A DNA stretch of 64,000 bases. It comes from a virus. The notes under the pieces were generated by a model that saw only the letters and a program-made list of their open reading frames with translations, did not search any database and had not been told where the DNA came from. This document shows positions 49,324-58,280 of this stretch, one piece after another. Both the position numbers and the translations under genes were made by a program. The stretch lies in IMG/VR virus record IMGVR_UViG_3300034374_005671, positions 19,370-83,369 of that record. One strand, written 5' to 3'. Position 1 is the first letter of the stretch; each line of letters starts with the position of its first letter.

Positions 49324-50277
49324 TTAAAACTCGTCTGTGAACATACCTTCAGTAGTAGTAGGGATATCTACTCTAGTGTACTGACCTGTTCTTTGTTCAA
49401 AGAAATTGTTTTTCGCTGACAACCCAATACGAGCCATATAGTCAAGTGGGTTTCTAACATTGAAATACTTACCACATCCGAAGTCTTCTAAGACGATATC
49501 AGTAACGTATTTAACGTACTCCAGCATCTCTTCCTTTGTAAGACCTTGTAAGCCATTAGGCATACTATCTAAAACAAACTTCTGCTCTACATCGAAACAC
49601 TCAAGAATGATTTTCTGAATTTCGTGAGTAGGAATTTTGTACTCATCCTTGATGTAGTTGTTGTATAGGTACTGAGCAAACTCATAATGCAAGGATTCAT
49701 CTCTAAGGATTAATTCGTTCATAGAACCCAAGCCATTCATCTTGTTACGTGACCTAAACCAAAACACTCCTGCGAATACAGAGGAGAAAGCAATACCTTC
49801 CACACAAGCAAATGCTACAAGTCGGTGAGCGAATGATGGATGGTCAATCCACTTCTCTGCCCAAGAAGCCTTGTCTTTTACTGCTTGGTTGGTAGACATT
49901 GAATTAAATAAATCGTTTCTTTCTTGGTTGTCTTTGATGTATGTATCAATAAGGAGTGAATAACCATTGGCATGAACCTGTTCTATGAATGTCTGATGCC
50001 CATAAAAATACTGAGCTTCAAGTAGCTCTACTTCATTCATAAAGTTGGTAGCCAAGTTGTCTATCACAAGACCATCAGAGATAGCAAAGAATGCAAGGAT
50101 GTTTTTTAAGTAACTTTTTTCATCTTCTGACAACGCATCGAAGTCATCAGAACTCAAGTCAACCTCCTCGGCAACCCACGTTTGCTTTTCTGCTTTTTTA
50201 TAATAATCCCACAAATCAGTATGGGACAATGGGAAAATAGAATACCTCTTCCCTAAATCCTTAGAGTTTAAATACAT
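49324..50277 (-). CDS. nrdB: Ribonucleotide reductase class Ia beta subunit
   Basis: W..EEVDLS.D, FFAISD, EQVH...Y, VEGI.F, RDESLH and NFFE motifs. Confidence 0.95.
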   Translation of the reverse strand: MYLNSKDLGKRYSIFPLSHTDLWDYYKKAEKQTWVAEEVDLSSDDFDALSEDEKSYLKNILAFFAISDGLVIDNLATNFMNEVELLEAQYFYGHQTFIEQVHANGYSLLIDTYIKDNQERNDLFNSMSTNQAVKDKASWAEKWIDHPSFAHRLVAFACVEGIAFSSVFAGVFWFRSRNKMNGLGSMNELILRDESLHYEFAQYLYNNYIKDEYKIPTHEIQKIILECFDVEQKFVLDSMPNGLQGLTKEEMLEYVKYVTDIVLEDFGCGKYFNVRNPLDYMARIGLSAKNNFFEQRTGQYTRVDIPTTTEGMFTDEF

Positions 50278-50302
50278 AGTTAAATTTTAAAAAAGTTTAG
50301 AC

Positions 50303-50330
50303 AAAAAACCCACCGAAAAATTCGATGGGT
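50303..50330 (-). terminator. Terminator-like hairpin in the nrdB leader
   Basis: ACCCAUCGAA-UUU-UUCGGUGGGU followed by a U-run. The G-U wobble fits only the - strand RNA. Confidence 0.6.
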
Positions 50331-50341
50331 ATTAATGCCCC

Positions 50342-50373
50342 CCAATATAGGTATTACATTCGGAATATCCAAA
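50342..50373 (-). promoter_or_regulatory. Bacteroidetes-type promoter upstream of nrdB (TTTG-N20-TATATTGG)
   Basis: TTTGGATA, then a 20-bp spacer measured from TTTG, then TATATTGG. Confidence 0.55.
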
Positions 50374-50389
50374 TTTGTAACAATTGTAA

Positions 50390-50701
50390 TTAGAAAGGAT
50401 ACTCCTCTCTTACTGGTTTGTTGTGTCTGTACACAACTGATTTTGACTCCTCGAAAGTAGCAGTCCCCTCCTTCTCTTCTAACTTCTTTAGAGACTTTAA
50501 CTCAGCCTCCATTTCAGTTACCTTTTCAGAGTAAGACCACTTCTTTCGATTCTGCCAAGAGTACGAGCCATAATAGAACTTCGTACCCTCTTCGGGCATA
50601 TCTTCACTCAATCTTTGCTTGAGTTCAGACTGCTCCTTCTCGATGTCCCTGCGCTTCTGCTCAAGGATTGCGTAACGCTTGTATATTTCTTCTAAAGTCA
50701 T
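50390..50701 (-). CDS. Hypothetical coiled-coil protein (103 aa)
   Basis: ATG ORF in the operon. The W.YS..V..LE..LK..K..E pattern is common in phage proteins. Confidence 0.55.
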   Translation of the reverse strand: MTLEEIYKRYAILEQKRRDIEKEQSELKQRLSEDMPEEGTKFYYGSYSWQNRKKWSYSEKVTEMEAELKSLKKLEEKEGTATFEESKSVVYRHNKPVREEYPF

Positions 50702-50709
50702 AATCTAAA

Positions 50710-51357
50710 TTAAAATGGTAAATCTTCTACATTTGGTTTTTTCTCCTCTACTTTTGGTGGTTCAGGTGTTGAGGGTACGTCTTGAGATTCGCCAAAGTTC
50801 TCACTTAGTTGTTTCTTCATAAAGTTATACAAGTAATCGTTACGCTTCTCAAAGTTAGGCTTCTTCTTGCCCATACTTTCTTTCCATTCGATTGGTGGGA
50901 TATCACCATCGGGATTGTTTGCAGTTTGGTATGTAAGTGCCTTCTCTACTTTCTCTGTGCCATCCTTACGGAAAGTAAGACCACGATACTGATACTTACT
51001 ACCTTCGGGTTGATAGACAAATCCTGTCACATCATACTCCATACCTTTCTGTAGATTAGGTAACTGACGAATGATGTTCTCAGCAAAAGGAGAAATCTCA
51101 TCTCTATCCATTAAAGGAACTTCGATTTGGAAGTAATCCTCGTTACGTAATACTACAGCAAGAGTCTGCCCAAAGTTAGTGTCTCGATGCTTAATAGAAA
51201 CTAATGCTCCTGATATAGGCTTACGATACACCTTCTTGTAGTTAACACCTGAACGTCCTGCAACGCTCCATTCATTCTTTTCAAAACCCTCTTGAGGTTC
51301 TTTGGAAGTCTCATAAATACTCCCATCCTTAAAACTTACTTTCAAATAATGTGTCAT
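50710..51357 (-). CDS. Putative single-stranded DNA-binding protein
   Basis: Beta-rich OB-like body, Pro/acidic linker and C-terminal EDLPF tail, in the replication cluster. Confidence 0.6.
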   Translation of the reverse strand: MTHYLKVSFKDGSIYETSKEPQEGFEKNEWSVAGRSGVNYKKVYRKPISGALVSIKHRDTNFGQTLAVVLRNEDYFQIEVPLMDRDEISPFAENIIRQLPNLQKGMEYDVTGFVYQPEGSKYQYRGLTFRKDGTEKVEKALTYQTANNPDGDIPPIEWKESMGKKKPNFEKRNDYLYNFMKKQLSENFGESQDVPSTPEPPKVEEKKPNVEDLPF

Positions 51358-51375
51358 AATACTGATTTTAAAAAT

Positions 51376-51945
51376 TTACTTTACATCTGTTTTCTCCACC
51401 ACACCGAGACCCCTCAGCTCGGATGCACAAGTGTCGGTAAATATACGAACACTTTCTAATACTTTAGACAAATACTGATAATTTGCATATGCCATAGAAT
51501 AATCTCTAATCCATTCTTCATAGTTAGGAGATGCTCCAAGATAGTCACGCATAGATGACTTGGCTATGTTGGAGTACTCCTCATGCTTTTTTAAGTAATC
51601 AAGAGCCTTTGCTCTTTCAACTGTCTTGGATTCCTCAAGAAGCATCTTCACACGATTGACCTCGTGAACATAATTATCTACCAACTCACGATAAATGAAG
51701 TTGGCTCTCGTTCTTGTCTCTTGTACAAGAGTATATTGTCTAGGTAACTCCATTCTGTGGAACTCCTCTTGGAGTTCTGCGAAAGCACCTTCTAGTTCCC
51801 GAATACCTCCTTCTACCTCCACCATTCTTTCGTAATTCTTAGACACACGTAAGTTATCTATGACTTCCTTTATAATGTCAACTGCACACAATTCATCTTT
51901 GCAACTGACTATTTTATCTACAATTTGTTTTGCTTTTTCGCTCAT
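51376..51945 (-). CDS. Hypothetical alpha-helical protein (189 aa)
   Basis: ATG ORF coupled to the upstream gene. Confidence 0.55.
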   Translation of the reverse strand: MSEKAKQIVDKIVSCKDELCAVDIIKEVIDNLRVSKNYERMVEVEGGIRELEGAFAELQEEFHRMELPRQYTLVQETRTRANFIYRELVDNYVHEVNRVKMLLEESKTVERAKALDYLKKHEEYSNIAKSSMRDYLGASPNYEEWIRDYSMAYANYQYLSKVLESVRIFTDTCASELRGLGVVEKTDVK

Positions 51946-52175
51946 ACTACTTTTAAAATTTCTCCGTTATCGTTCACTAATATACTAACTTTATATTTAT
52001 TATCCAAGTTTTGTGCGATAATATGGAAAGCATTTGGTATGTGTTGTAAAACCCAAACCAATTCATCCATACTCTTGCCCTCTTGCTGACACCACATATT
52101 CAAGAACTGTGCTTTAGTTTGTTGTGTTGCATGAGTACCTCGGTACAAGTTAATATAATCTTTTTTACTTAACAT
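51942..52175 (-). CDS. Hypothetical protein
   Basis: The start is probably ATG 52175 (MLSKKDY), overlapping the nuclease stop. Confidence 0.5.
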   Translation of the reverse strand: MLSKKDYINLYRGTHATQQTKAQFLNMWCQQEGKSMDELVWVLQHIPNAFHIIAQNLDNKYKVSILVNDNGEILKVV

Positions 52176-52899
52176 TAAGTGCTTTGAATATCTTGTAATA
52201 GTCCGATATCTCTTTGACTGTCTCTCTAACAATAGACTCTGCTCTTTCTATTGATTTCTGAGAGAATAGATATTTCTCTTTCCAAATGTTATTACCTACA
52301 GTAAGAGACTCTCTTCCTCCACCATTCATACACTCTCTACCTCCAAGTCTTTCTATAATGAGATACTCGGCTCTCTTCACCTCAAGACCTCTCTGCTGAA
52401 GACCTAAGATATACAATTCTAATTGTAGTTTCTTTGGGTCATGCAAGTCAGCCTTAGAACTTTTTGATTTAGTCTTATAGTCTCTGACTATCTCTACAAT
52501 CCCATCCTTCTCTTCTGTTCTGTCATCAATATAACCAAGAAGGCAAAAGTCTCCAAAGTCTACAACTATCTCATCTTGGAATATACCCAAAGGCTTGACA
52601 TCTCTTAGGATAATCATCTCCTCATCATCGAATGGCTCACATTGCCCAAGAGTCACACAATCTTCTACCTCAGTACCGAACTGCCCCCAACCCATATCAG
52701 GGAATCGCTCACCTAAGAAGTATCTAATCATATACTCCTTGTTACCTGCCATACCCGTGTTGAATCCTTTCTTGGCAGTCCAAGATTCTACTTGTGACCA
52801 ACTTGTTACAGGCATCCCAATAAACTTCTCGTGTTCGGGACGACTGCCCCCTCTTTCCCACTGCTCACGTGAGTACTTTTTAGGTAATTCTAAACTCAT
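52165..52899 (-). CDS. PD-(D/E)XK (RecB/Cas4-like) exonuclease
   Basis: SWSQV, FGTEVE, E...GYID, DYKT and QLELY motifs. The start is probably ATG 52899. Confidence 0.8.
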   Translation of the reverse strand: MSLELPKKYSREQWERGGSRPEHEKFIGMPVTSWSQVESWTAKKGFNTGMAGNKEYMIRYFLGERFPDMGWGQFGTEVEDCVTLGQCEPFDDEEMIILRDVKPLGIFQDEIVVDFGDFCLLGYIDDRTEEKDGIVEIVRDYKTKSKSSKADLHDPKKLQLELYILGLQQRGLEVKRAEYLIIERLGGRECMNGGGRESLTVGNNIWKEKYLFSQKSIERAESIVRETVKEISDYYKIFKALNVK

Positions 52900-52900
52900 C

Positions 52901-53029
52901 TTATTCTTCGTCATCTAGGTTAAAATCATCATTCTCTAAGAAGTCTCCTTCGGGTATGGTCTTACCTGCGTAGTAGAATATACCAAATATGATTGTTAAA
53001 CAAACTATAATAATTATTGCATTCATCAT
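52901..53029 (-). CDS. 42-aa membrane peptide with acidic tail
   Basis: Translated by hand as MMNAIIIIVCLTIIFGIFYYAGKTIPEGDFLENDDFNLDDEE. It fills the intergenic gap. Confidence 0.55.
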   Translation of the reverse strand: MMNAIIIIVCLTIIFGIFYYAGKTIPEGDFLENDDFNLDDEE

Positions 53030-53039
53030 TTTACTTTAT

Positions 53040-53891
53040 TTAAAATAATCCATTTAGTTCGTTAGGAATGTCCCCCTTGAACATTGTATCTAATATATCC
53101 TTAGTTGCCTTGGGGTCTAGATTCATTGAACTTAATTTGTCTTTTAGGTCTCCGATATCTTTGACTGATACAACGCCATTGTAAGCCTTCTCTAACGTAC
53201 CAAGTTCTGCATTTGCAAGTATCTCATCTTTCCAATCAGTCTTGATACCCGCCATTCTTTTAAGGATGTCGTGACAAATACGAACATTCACTTCACATCG
53301 GTGAGTAATCTCTTCGTACTCCTCGTGGATGTACATACTCGCAACATCTTTACCTAGAATAATACTCTCTGCATAGTCCAAATTAAATGCGTGAGCAAGA
53401 GACAACAGAGGTGCTGACACAGGAGAAGAACCCTGCCACAAATCTTTTATATCAAGAATCCAATTGATATCCCAAGGCTTCAGTCCTGATACATCAAACA
53501 ACTCGTGTACTGAGATGTCGTTGATGACAGACCTACGCATAACGTAGGGAATAGCAAATCCTTTTAGAGAATGCCCACACAAGGTAAGACTGCCCCAAGT
53601 TCTTCGGAATGCATCTACCATTTTGTAAGTAGTCTCAAGAATCTCCTTCTCGTCACCTTGAATAGTCTTGATGTTTAGGTGGTGATTCTTTACGTATCCA
53701 AGTGACACACAAAATATCTTTCCGAACTCAGCAAACAAAGGTGCAGTCTCTGTGTAGGAATCAGAGTCATCTACACGCTCTGACCAACTATTATGCATAA
53801 GACCTTCTTTGGCTAACTCAGTCTCTTGTGGGACTGTTTCAATGCTGATAAAAAGAATTTTCTCTAGGTTGATTTTCTTTACTGCTCTCAT
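53040..53891 (-). CDS. PolB-exo-like DEDD 3'-5' exonuclease homologue, apparently catalytically dead
   Basis: LFISIETVP, AEFGKIFCVS.G, GHSLKGFAIPY..RR, KPWD...D...W and RCEVNV align to the family motifs DIETVP / GHN..FD.P / YC..DV. Confidence 0.7.
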   Translation of the reverse strand: MRAVKKINLEKILFISIETVPQETELAKEGLMHNSWSERVDDSDSYTETAPLFAEFGKIFCVSLGYVKNHHLNIKTIQGDEKEILETTYKMVDAFRRTWGSLTLCGHSLKGFAIPYVMRRSVINDISVHELFDVSGLKPWDINWILDIKDLWQGSSPVSAPLLSLAHAFNLDYAESIILGKDVASMYIHEEYEEITHRCEVNVRICHDILKRMAGIKTDWKDEILANAELGTLEKAYNGVVSVKDIGDLKDKLSSMNLDPKATKDILDTMFKGDIPNELNGLF

Positions 53892-54789
53892 TTTTTACTG
53901 CTTTAATTATGTAATCTGCTATATCGTCTCCTTCTTCTAAGAATTCCGATTCTTCTACAAATGTAGAAACTTTTATTGACTTTACCAAATTTTTATTTAA
54001 AAATTCTTTGGCTTTTATTTTCCAATACCCAAAACTCCGTTCTCCTTTGTCGGGATGTAGTACCACATCTCTACCCTCTAAGTTAGGTAAAATATGTTCT
54101 TGCAAGTTAGTTACTGAAGATGTCGCTAACCAAATGTGTTGAGGTCGCACACAAGCCATAATCAGAGCAGTCTTCTCTGACTCGACTATATGTACGGCAT
54201 CATTAGGTCGGAGTGGAAGTAGATGGGAACCAAAAGAACACATTCTAAAATTGAAATCATCCATTCTAGAATGTAACCATTTTATATTTTTATATGTCTT
54301 ATCAAACTTTGTTCTCTTAGGTTCACCATCTACCATGTGGTAATTCATAATCTTTCCACTCCTAACCTTCTTAAACTCGTCAATGAACCAAAAGATAGGG
54401 GCAAAACCCCCATTGAAAGGCACAGAGACTACGTTGTAGGCAATTAAAACTGCCAAGTGATTGTCACCCCAATGCTTACGGAGAAAGTCCGTTAGAGGGT
54501 CTGTATTTGCGTAGCAAGTTGCCAATGATTTTTTAACTAAATCCAAAGGCATCACCGACATAGGCTTTTCTACATACTTAACTTCGTCTTCTTTAAGTAT
54601 TACTTGCCCTTTTGGTCTGTTCTCGTAGCCACACTTGTTGACTCTATCACACACTCCGTACTGAGAATCGCACAATTTGTCCTCCTTCTTGTCGAAAAAT
54701 AAATTAAATCGTTTTATTCCTCCACAACTTGGGCAGTTGACCTTGAAGTTTCGTCCATGTCTTGCTTTCGCAAACTCGTATCTATACAC
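53839..54789 (-). CDS. DNA primase-like protein (Zn ribbon plus DUF6371/toprim)
   Basis: CP.CG...YGVCDR..KCGY, IFWFID...VRSGKIM.Y, FG.HLL, VESEKTA, HPDKG and GDDIADY. Confidence 0.75.
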   Translation of the reverse strand: MYRYEFAKARHGRNFKVNCPSCGGIKRFNLFFDKKEDKLCDSQYGVCDRVNKCGYENRPKGQVILKEDEVKYVEKPMSVMPLDLVKKSLATCYANTDPLTDFLRKHWGDNHLAVLIAYNVVSVPFNGGFAPIFWFIDEFKKVRSGKIMNYHMVDGEPKRTKFDKTYKNIKWLHSRMDDFNFRMCSFGSHLLPLRPNDAVHIVESEKTALIMACVRPQHIWLATSSVTNLQEHILPNLEGRDVVLHPDKGERSFGYWKIKAKEFLNKNLVKSIKVSTFVEESEFLEEGDDIADYIIKAVKNESSKENQPRENSFYQH

Positions 54790-55213
54790 GCTCGTGATGT
54801 ATTTTCTTGTAAGAATTTAAATACTTTAGTTCGCCATTCGGTAAACGCTCTGCACGTTGGATGTACTGAACCTTTCTACCTCTTGTAGTTTTTCGGTTGT
54901 TGTTGACTCGTCTATACTGACTTTGCAACATAGATAAGTCAATCTCTTGAGGCTCTTGCTTGTTCTTGAACTCACGTACAATTGCTCTAAGCGATGATAG
55001 GGCAGTCTCTACTGCTTCCTTTCTCGTCTTGAACTTGTCGGTAGGCATAACGTCTGTAAAGAAAGGGTCGATAGTTCTGAACGCCCATTTCCCTTCACCA
55101 AACTTAGTTACAAACCCTACCTCAGCATCTCCTAAGTCTCTGCCTTCGTACTCGTTGGTGATTACTAAATACTCTTTGTAATCTTCTCTGCTTGTTTCTT
55201 GATATTTAACCAT
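54782..55213 (-). CDS. Hypothetical protein (143 aa)
   Basis: Coupled ORF in the operon. Confidence 0.55.
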   Translation of the reverse strand: MVKYQETSREDYKEYLVITNEYEGRDLGDAEVGFVTKFGEGKWAFRTIDPFFTDVMPTDKFKTRKEAVETALSSLRAIVREFKNKQEPQEIDLSMLQSQYRRVNNNRKTTRGRKVQYIQRAERLPNGELKYLNSYKKIHHERV

Positions 55214-55457
55214 TGCTTACTTTTTTTGACTTTTGATACGCTAATTTACTATTCTCTTCTAACTTACGCAAGAAAACATTACAACCTATTTCTCCACCTC
55301 CAGGAGCGTAGAACTCTTTAGGTATAAATCTTTTGTTCTTGTTGTCGTAGATTAGGAAGAAGTTACCCTCTTTTCGTTTTACGAATCGAGTAGTTGGCGT
55401 AGAACTCTTTAAACGACTCATAGCCTGTTTCATAAATTTTTGATTTTGCTGTTTCAT
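55206..55457 (-). CDS. Hypothetical protein
   Basis: ORF in the operon. The start is uncertain because it overlaps the next ORF. Confidence 0.4.
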   Translation of the reverse strand: MKQQNQKFMKQAMSRLKSSTPTTRFVKRKEGNFFLIYDNKNKRFIPKEFYAPGGGEIGCNVFLRKLEENSKLAYQKSKKVSNG

Positions 55458-55713
55458 ACTGCTTGTTAAATTTACTTATATTATTTTTAAAAAACTTTTT
55501 ATCTACTTTACTCATAGGTAAAGTAATCACTCCCCTTAATTCAGGGTCTTCTTCTTTTAGCGAACTATGTACGTATCTTGTATGTTTTTTATGAAAAACA
55601 ATAAACTCTTCTGAAGGATTTATCCCAAATCCACTAAACCTATCGTCCGTTGTAAAGCACACCATACAAGGAACTTTATTTTTAATTAACGTATGTAATC
55701 TACCTTTCTCCAT
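55363..55713 (-). CDS. Hypothetical protein (116 aa)
   Basis: ATG after an A-rich leader. Confidence 0.5.
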   Translation of the reverse strand: MEKGRLHTLIKNKVPCMVCFTTDDRFSGFGINPSEEFIVFHKKHTRYVHSSLKEEDPELRGVITLPMSKVDKKFFKNNISKFNKQYETAKSKIYETGYESFKEFYANYSIRKTKRG

Positions 55714-55819
55714 TTTTTACAATTGTAAATAATTTGCTTATTAATTTTTTTTTACCTATTTTAACGCTTCTAAAATTAACACTATGAAAATTACAGATAA
55801 AATTAAATCAGTATTGACA

Positions 55820-56260
55820 TCAGACCTCTTTATCACAACGGCTTCTGCCGTTCTCGGTGGAGTCGTTTTTTTCAAGGGTATGCCCCTTCTCGGTGGTATC
55901 GCCATCGGAGTCGCTCTCACTAAGTTGTGGGGAGTCCTCAGAGGGTAAAGCCCACACAGGAGCGTTGTCCCCACCATCACCTCCTGCATACAAGTCAAGT
56001 ACGTATTCGACTTCTTGCCTTGTAGTCCCCGAAAGGTCATTAGCGTAGATGGGAGTACCTTCACCTACATATGCTCCCCACACATTGAATTCTAAGTATT
56101 CGAGTGCTTCCTCTACGCTCATACCTTCTTCTATTAAGATATCTTGCATTTTTGCCTTAGAGTAAATAACTCTTGGTACTTCTATCCATTCTTCTGCAAA
56201 TCCAATGATGGCTTTGTCAAATCCATCTGCGTATAATGTGGGGTCTTTTTTATTCTCCAT
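55820..56260 (-). CDS. Conserved phage hypothetical protein
   Basis: ADGFD.AIIG......RVIYS...M...L...GMS.EEA.EY.EFN..GAYVGE.TP is a widespread phage family. The start is probably ATG 56260. Confidence 0.65.
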   Translation of the reverse strand: MENKKDPTLYADGFDKAIIGFAEEWIEVPRVIYSKAKMQDILIEEGMSVEEALEYLEFNVWGAYVGEGTPIYANDLSGTTRQEVEYVLDLYAGGDGGDNAPVWALPSEDSPQLSESDSDGDTTEKGHTLEKNDSTENGRSRCDKEV

Positions 56261-56624
56261 CGCTAACATACATTTCAAATCCACCTGTTCGTCTGTACTC
56301 TTCGTTTGGAACACCAAGTTCCATCCACGAATCGCCAAACTTTTCTCTCGAATCAGAATATACCTCCGTATCGTGGTATCCATCTTCTAATGCTAAGTCT
56401 TCTAAACCTTCGCCATACACTTCTTTGTTATGGTCATTGTTTACAAACTCTCCATCCCAATCTTCCCAAATGTTTTCATTTAAGTAATCGAATAGTTCTT
56501 GCTCGGTGTTGCCCTCATAGGGAGGCTCACACTTTCTTAACTTTTCAACATCAACCTCTATGGGTTGTGTCGCAGTCCATTGTGTGAATTTCTCACACCT
56601 TCTTACAAATAATTTATCTGCCAT
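56250..56624 (-). CDS. Hypothetical acidic protein (124 aa)
   Basis: ATG ORF coupled to the downstream gene. Confidence 0.55.
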   Translation of the reverse strand: MADKLFVRRCEKFTQWTATQPIEVDVEKLRKCEPPYEGNTEQELFDYLNENIWEDWDGEFVNNDHNKEVYGEGLEDLALEDGYHDTEVYSDSREKFGDSWMELGVPNEEYRRTGGFEMYVSDGE

Positions 56625-56634
56625 TTTATTTAAT

Positions 56635-57063
56635 TTAATCTACCATTACTAAAGTTTCCAATCGGTCACTTACTTTTCTCCAATAACGATTGGTACAATA
56701 AAACATATGCCCATTCGTCCCACCATTCCAGCACCTCGCTATCTTCTCATATGAAGAATTTGGGTGATAGTATTCTTTCCATACATAGAACATCTCTTTA
56801 GACTTCTCTACGCTATATCTATCATTATAGGTATAACGAACATCACTACCATTCTTCTCCAATATCCTATTCACTTCACGAACCATGATAGGATGTATTT
56901 GTAGTACACCTACTGCTCTGCCACCATCTCCAATCGCAGTCGAGTCCCCTCGTGATTCTACGTGAATGATTGCATCTACCAAATACTCGATAGGTACTTG
57001 GTCTTGTGCATACGTGCTGAAAGACAACACAACAAATATAAATAAAGTAATCAACTTTTCCAT
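56635..57063 (-). CDS. Secreted lysozyme-like/lytic transglycosylase
   Basis: Sec-type signal (MEKLITLFIFVVLSFSTYA), then AII.VES (catalytic E), GD.G.A.G.LQI and AR.WNGG. Confidence 0.75.
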   Translation of the reverse strand: MEKLITLFIFVVLSFSTYAQDQVPIEYLVDAIIHVESRGDSTAIGDGGRAVGVLQIHPIMVREVNRILEKNGSDVRYTYNDRYSVEKSKEMFYVWKEYYHPNSSYEKIARCWNGGTNGHMFYCTNRYWRKVSDRLETLVMVD

Positions 57064-57076
57064 AATATAAATTTAG

Positions 57077-57150
57077 TACTCCCTAAAGGACTCGAACCTT
57101 TAACCTATTCATTAGAAGTGAATTGCTCTATCCAATTGAGCTAAGGGAGC
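57077..57150 (-). tRNA. tRNA-Arg (anticodon UCU)
   Basis: GCTCCCT acceptor stem, TAGCTCAATTGGATAGAGC D-arm, ATTCA-CTTCTAA-TGAAT anticodon arm and GGTTCGAGTCC T-arm. No encoded CCA. Confidence 0.92.
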
Positions 57151-57156
57151 ATATCA

Positions 57157-57291
57157 TCAATCATCTATGACCTCAAACATTTGACCTGTAGTAATGAGAT
57201 ACATATCGCTTAGTGCTTCATTATCTCGGTCATACAAGTCTTCCTCTACGGCTAACTCTTTAGGTAATAAGTCCATCAGTCTTTTTACCAT
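57157..57291 (-). CDS. Hypothetical protein (44 aa)
   Basis: Translated by hand as MVKRLMDLLPKELAVEEDLYDRDNEALSDMYLITTGQMFEVIDD. Confidence 0.4.
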   Translation of the reverse strand: MVKRLMDLLPKELAVEEDLYDRDNEALSDMYLITTGQMFEVIDD

Positions 57292-57320
57292 TGCCGACTT
57301 CGTTATTTTACCTAATGGTT

Positions 57321-57458
57321 TCATTTCCCTTGACCTCTGTATTTCTTAGCGTAATGCTTTGCACCTTTGTGCTTAGAGTTCTTACTCTTGGCGTGTACAC
57401 CTTTACGCTTTCTTTTAGGTGTAACCAACGCTTCGCTTCCGTACTTAATTTTTGCCAT
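57321..57458 (-). CDS. Small basic protein ending KKYRGQGK (45 aa)
   Basis: Translated by hand as MAKIKYGSEALVTPKRKRKGVHAKSKNSKHKGAKHYAKKYRGQGK. The YRGQG ending recurs in aquatic phage small proteins. Confidence 0.65.
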   Translation of the reverse strand: MAKIKYGSEALVTPKRKRKGVHAKSKNSKHKGAKHYAKKYRGQGK

Positions 57459-57747
57459 CTTCTTTTAATTTATTTATCCATTTAATAACTCGACCACATA
57501 ACTCATACTCTTCCTCTTCTTCTATTCTACCTAAATTGAGTTCAAGTATTTCTAAGTATTCTTCTTTCTGTGCTACAACATCTATCTCCATAATCTCGTC
57601 AGCGTGTTCTTGCGTATGATTTGCGATAAGACAACTATCGTCATCATTATCTAGAGCATCACATATCTTAGTACAAGTCGTAATACTGAACTTGATAGGG
57701 TCAATGTTGAGTCTGAAGTCCTCGTTAAAATCTAAAAAATCTCCCAT
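57445..57747 (-). CDS. Hypothetical protein with C-terminal UVR-like EEYE.C motif
   Basis: EEEEYELCGRV helix. Coupled ORF. Confidence 0.5.
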   Translation of the reverse strand: MGDFLDFNEDFRLNIDPIKFSITTCTKICDALDNDDDSCLIANHTQEHADEIMEIDVVAQKEEYLEILELNLGRIEEEEEYELCGRVIKWINKLKEDGKN

Positions 57748-58253
57748 TACTTACAATCTTTTAAACGCTTGTTTGCTTCTTTCACAAACATATCAATTTC
57801 AATTAAATCATTCTTCGTACTTTGGATATCAGTCCAAAAAGAAGTTGAAGAATCAAACTGATGTTCTGTACCATCCAATGTTCGGTAGTAAGGATTGTAG
57901 TATAGTGTAGGTACTACATCCCCTCCCCCAACTATCTCACAATACCAAATAGGATTGTCGTGTTCATCTGAAATAGTAAAACAACCTAACATACTATCGT
58001 TCTCAGAGGGACTGATGACTCCTGTTCGCCATCCCAACTTCTCTCCAAATAGCATCCATCTGTTTGATTCCCAATTGTACCATACGCTATCAATGAATAA
58101 TTCAAATGACTCTCCATAGGATTTTCTACTAAAGTCACAAGTCTTGCCATAGTTACTTATGATATCCCTTACCTTGTTTCCCAATACTGCATCGTTAGGA
58201 GTATTGTTTACTACTTTGATTACATCTTTAATTAAATCTACGTGTGTTTCCAT
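57747..58253 (-). CDS. Hypothetical protein (168 aa)
   Basis: N-terminal PND..LG.KVR motif common in phages. Coupled ORF. Confidence 0.55.
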   Translation of the reverse strand: METHVDLIKDVIKVVNNTPNDAVLGNKVRDIISNYGKTCDFSRKSYGESFELFIDSVWYNWESNRWMLFGEKLGWRTGVISPSENDSMLGCFTISDEHDNPIWYCEIVGGGDVVPTLYYNPYYRTLDGTEHQFDSSTSFWTDIQSTKNDLIEIDMFVKEANKRLKDCK

Positions 58254-58280
58254 TACTTTCCTTTTTAAACTTTTTACAAA

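Noticed and set aside
41912-50277. Introns or inteins in polA, helicase, nrdA or nrdB
   Set aside because: All are continuous, of normal length and with motifs in order. The polA-associated element lies after a complete gene and shows no obvious group I core.
52165-52899. Cas4-like nuclease suggesting a CRISPR system
   Set aside because: There is no repeat-spacer array and no other cas gene, and the four-Cys Fe-S pattern is not evident. It is a generic phage PD-(D/E)XK nuclease.
55756-55905. Possible 49-aa TM ORF (MAIPPRRG...LILSVIFIVLILEALK) overlapping the upstream gene by ~85 nt
   Set aside because: The overlap is large and there is no clear leader. It cannot be distinguished from chance without conservation data.
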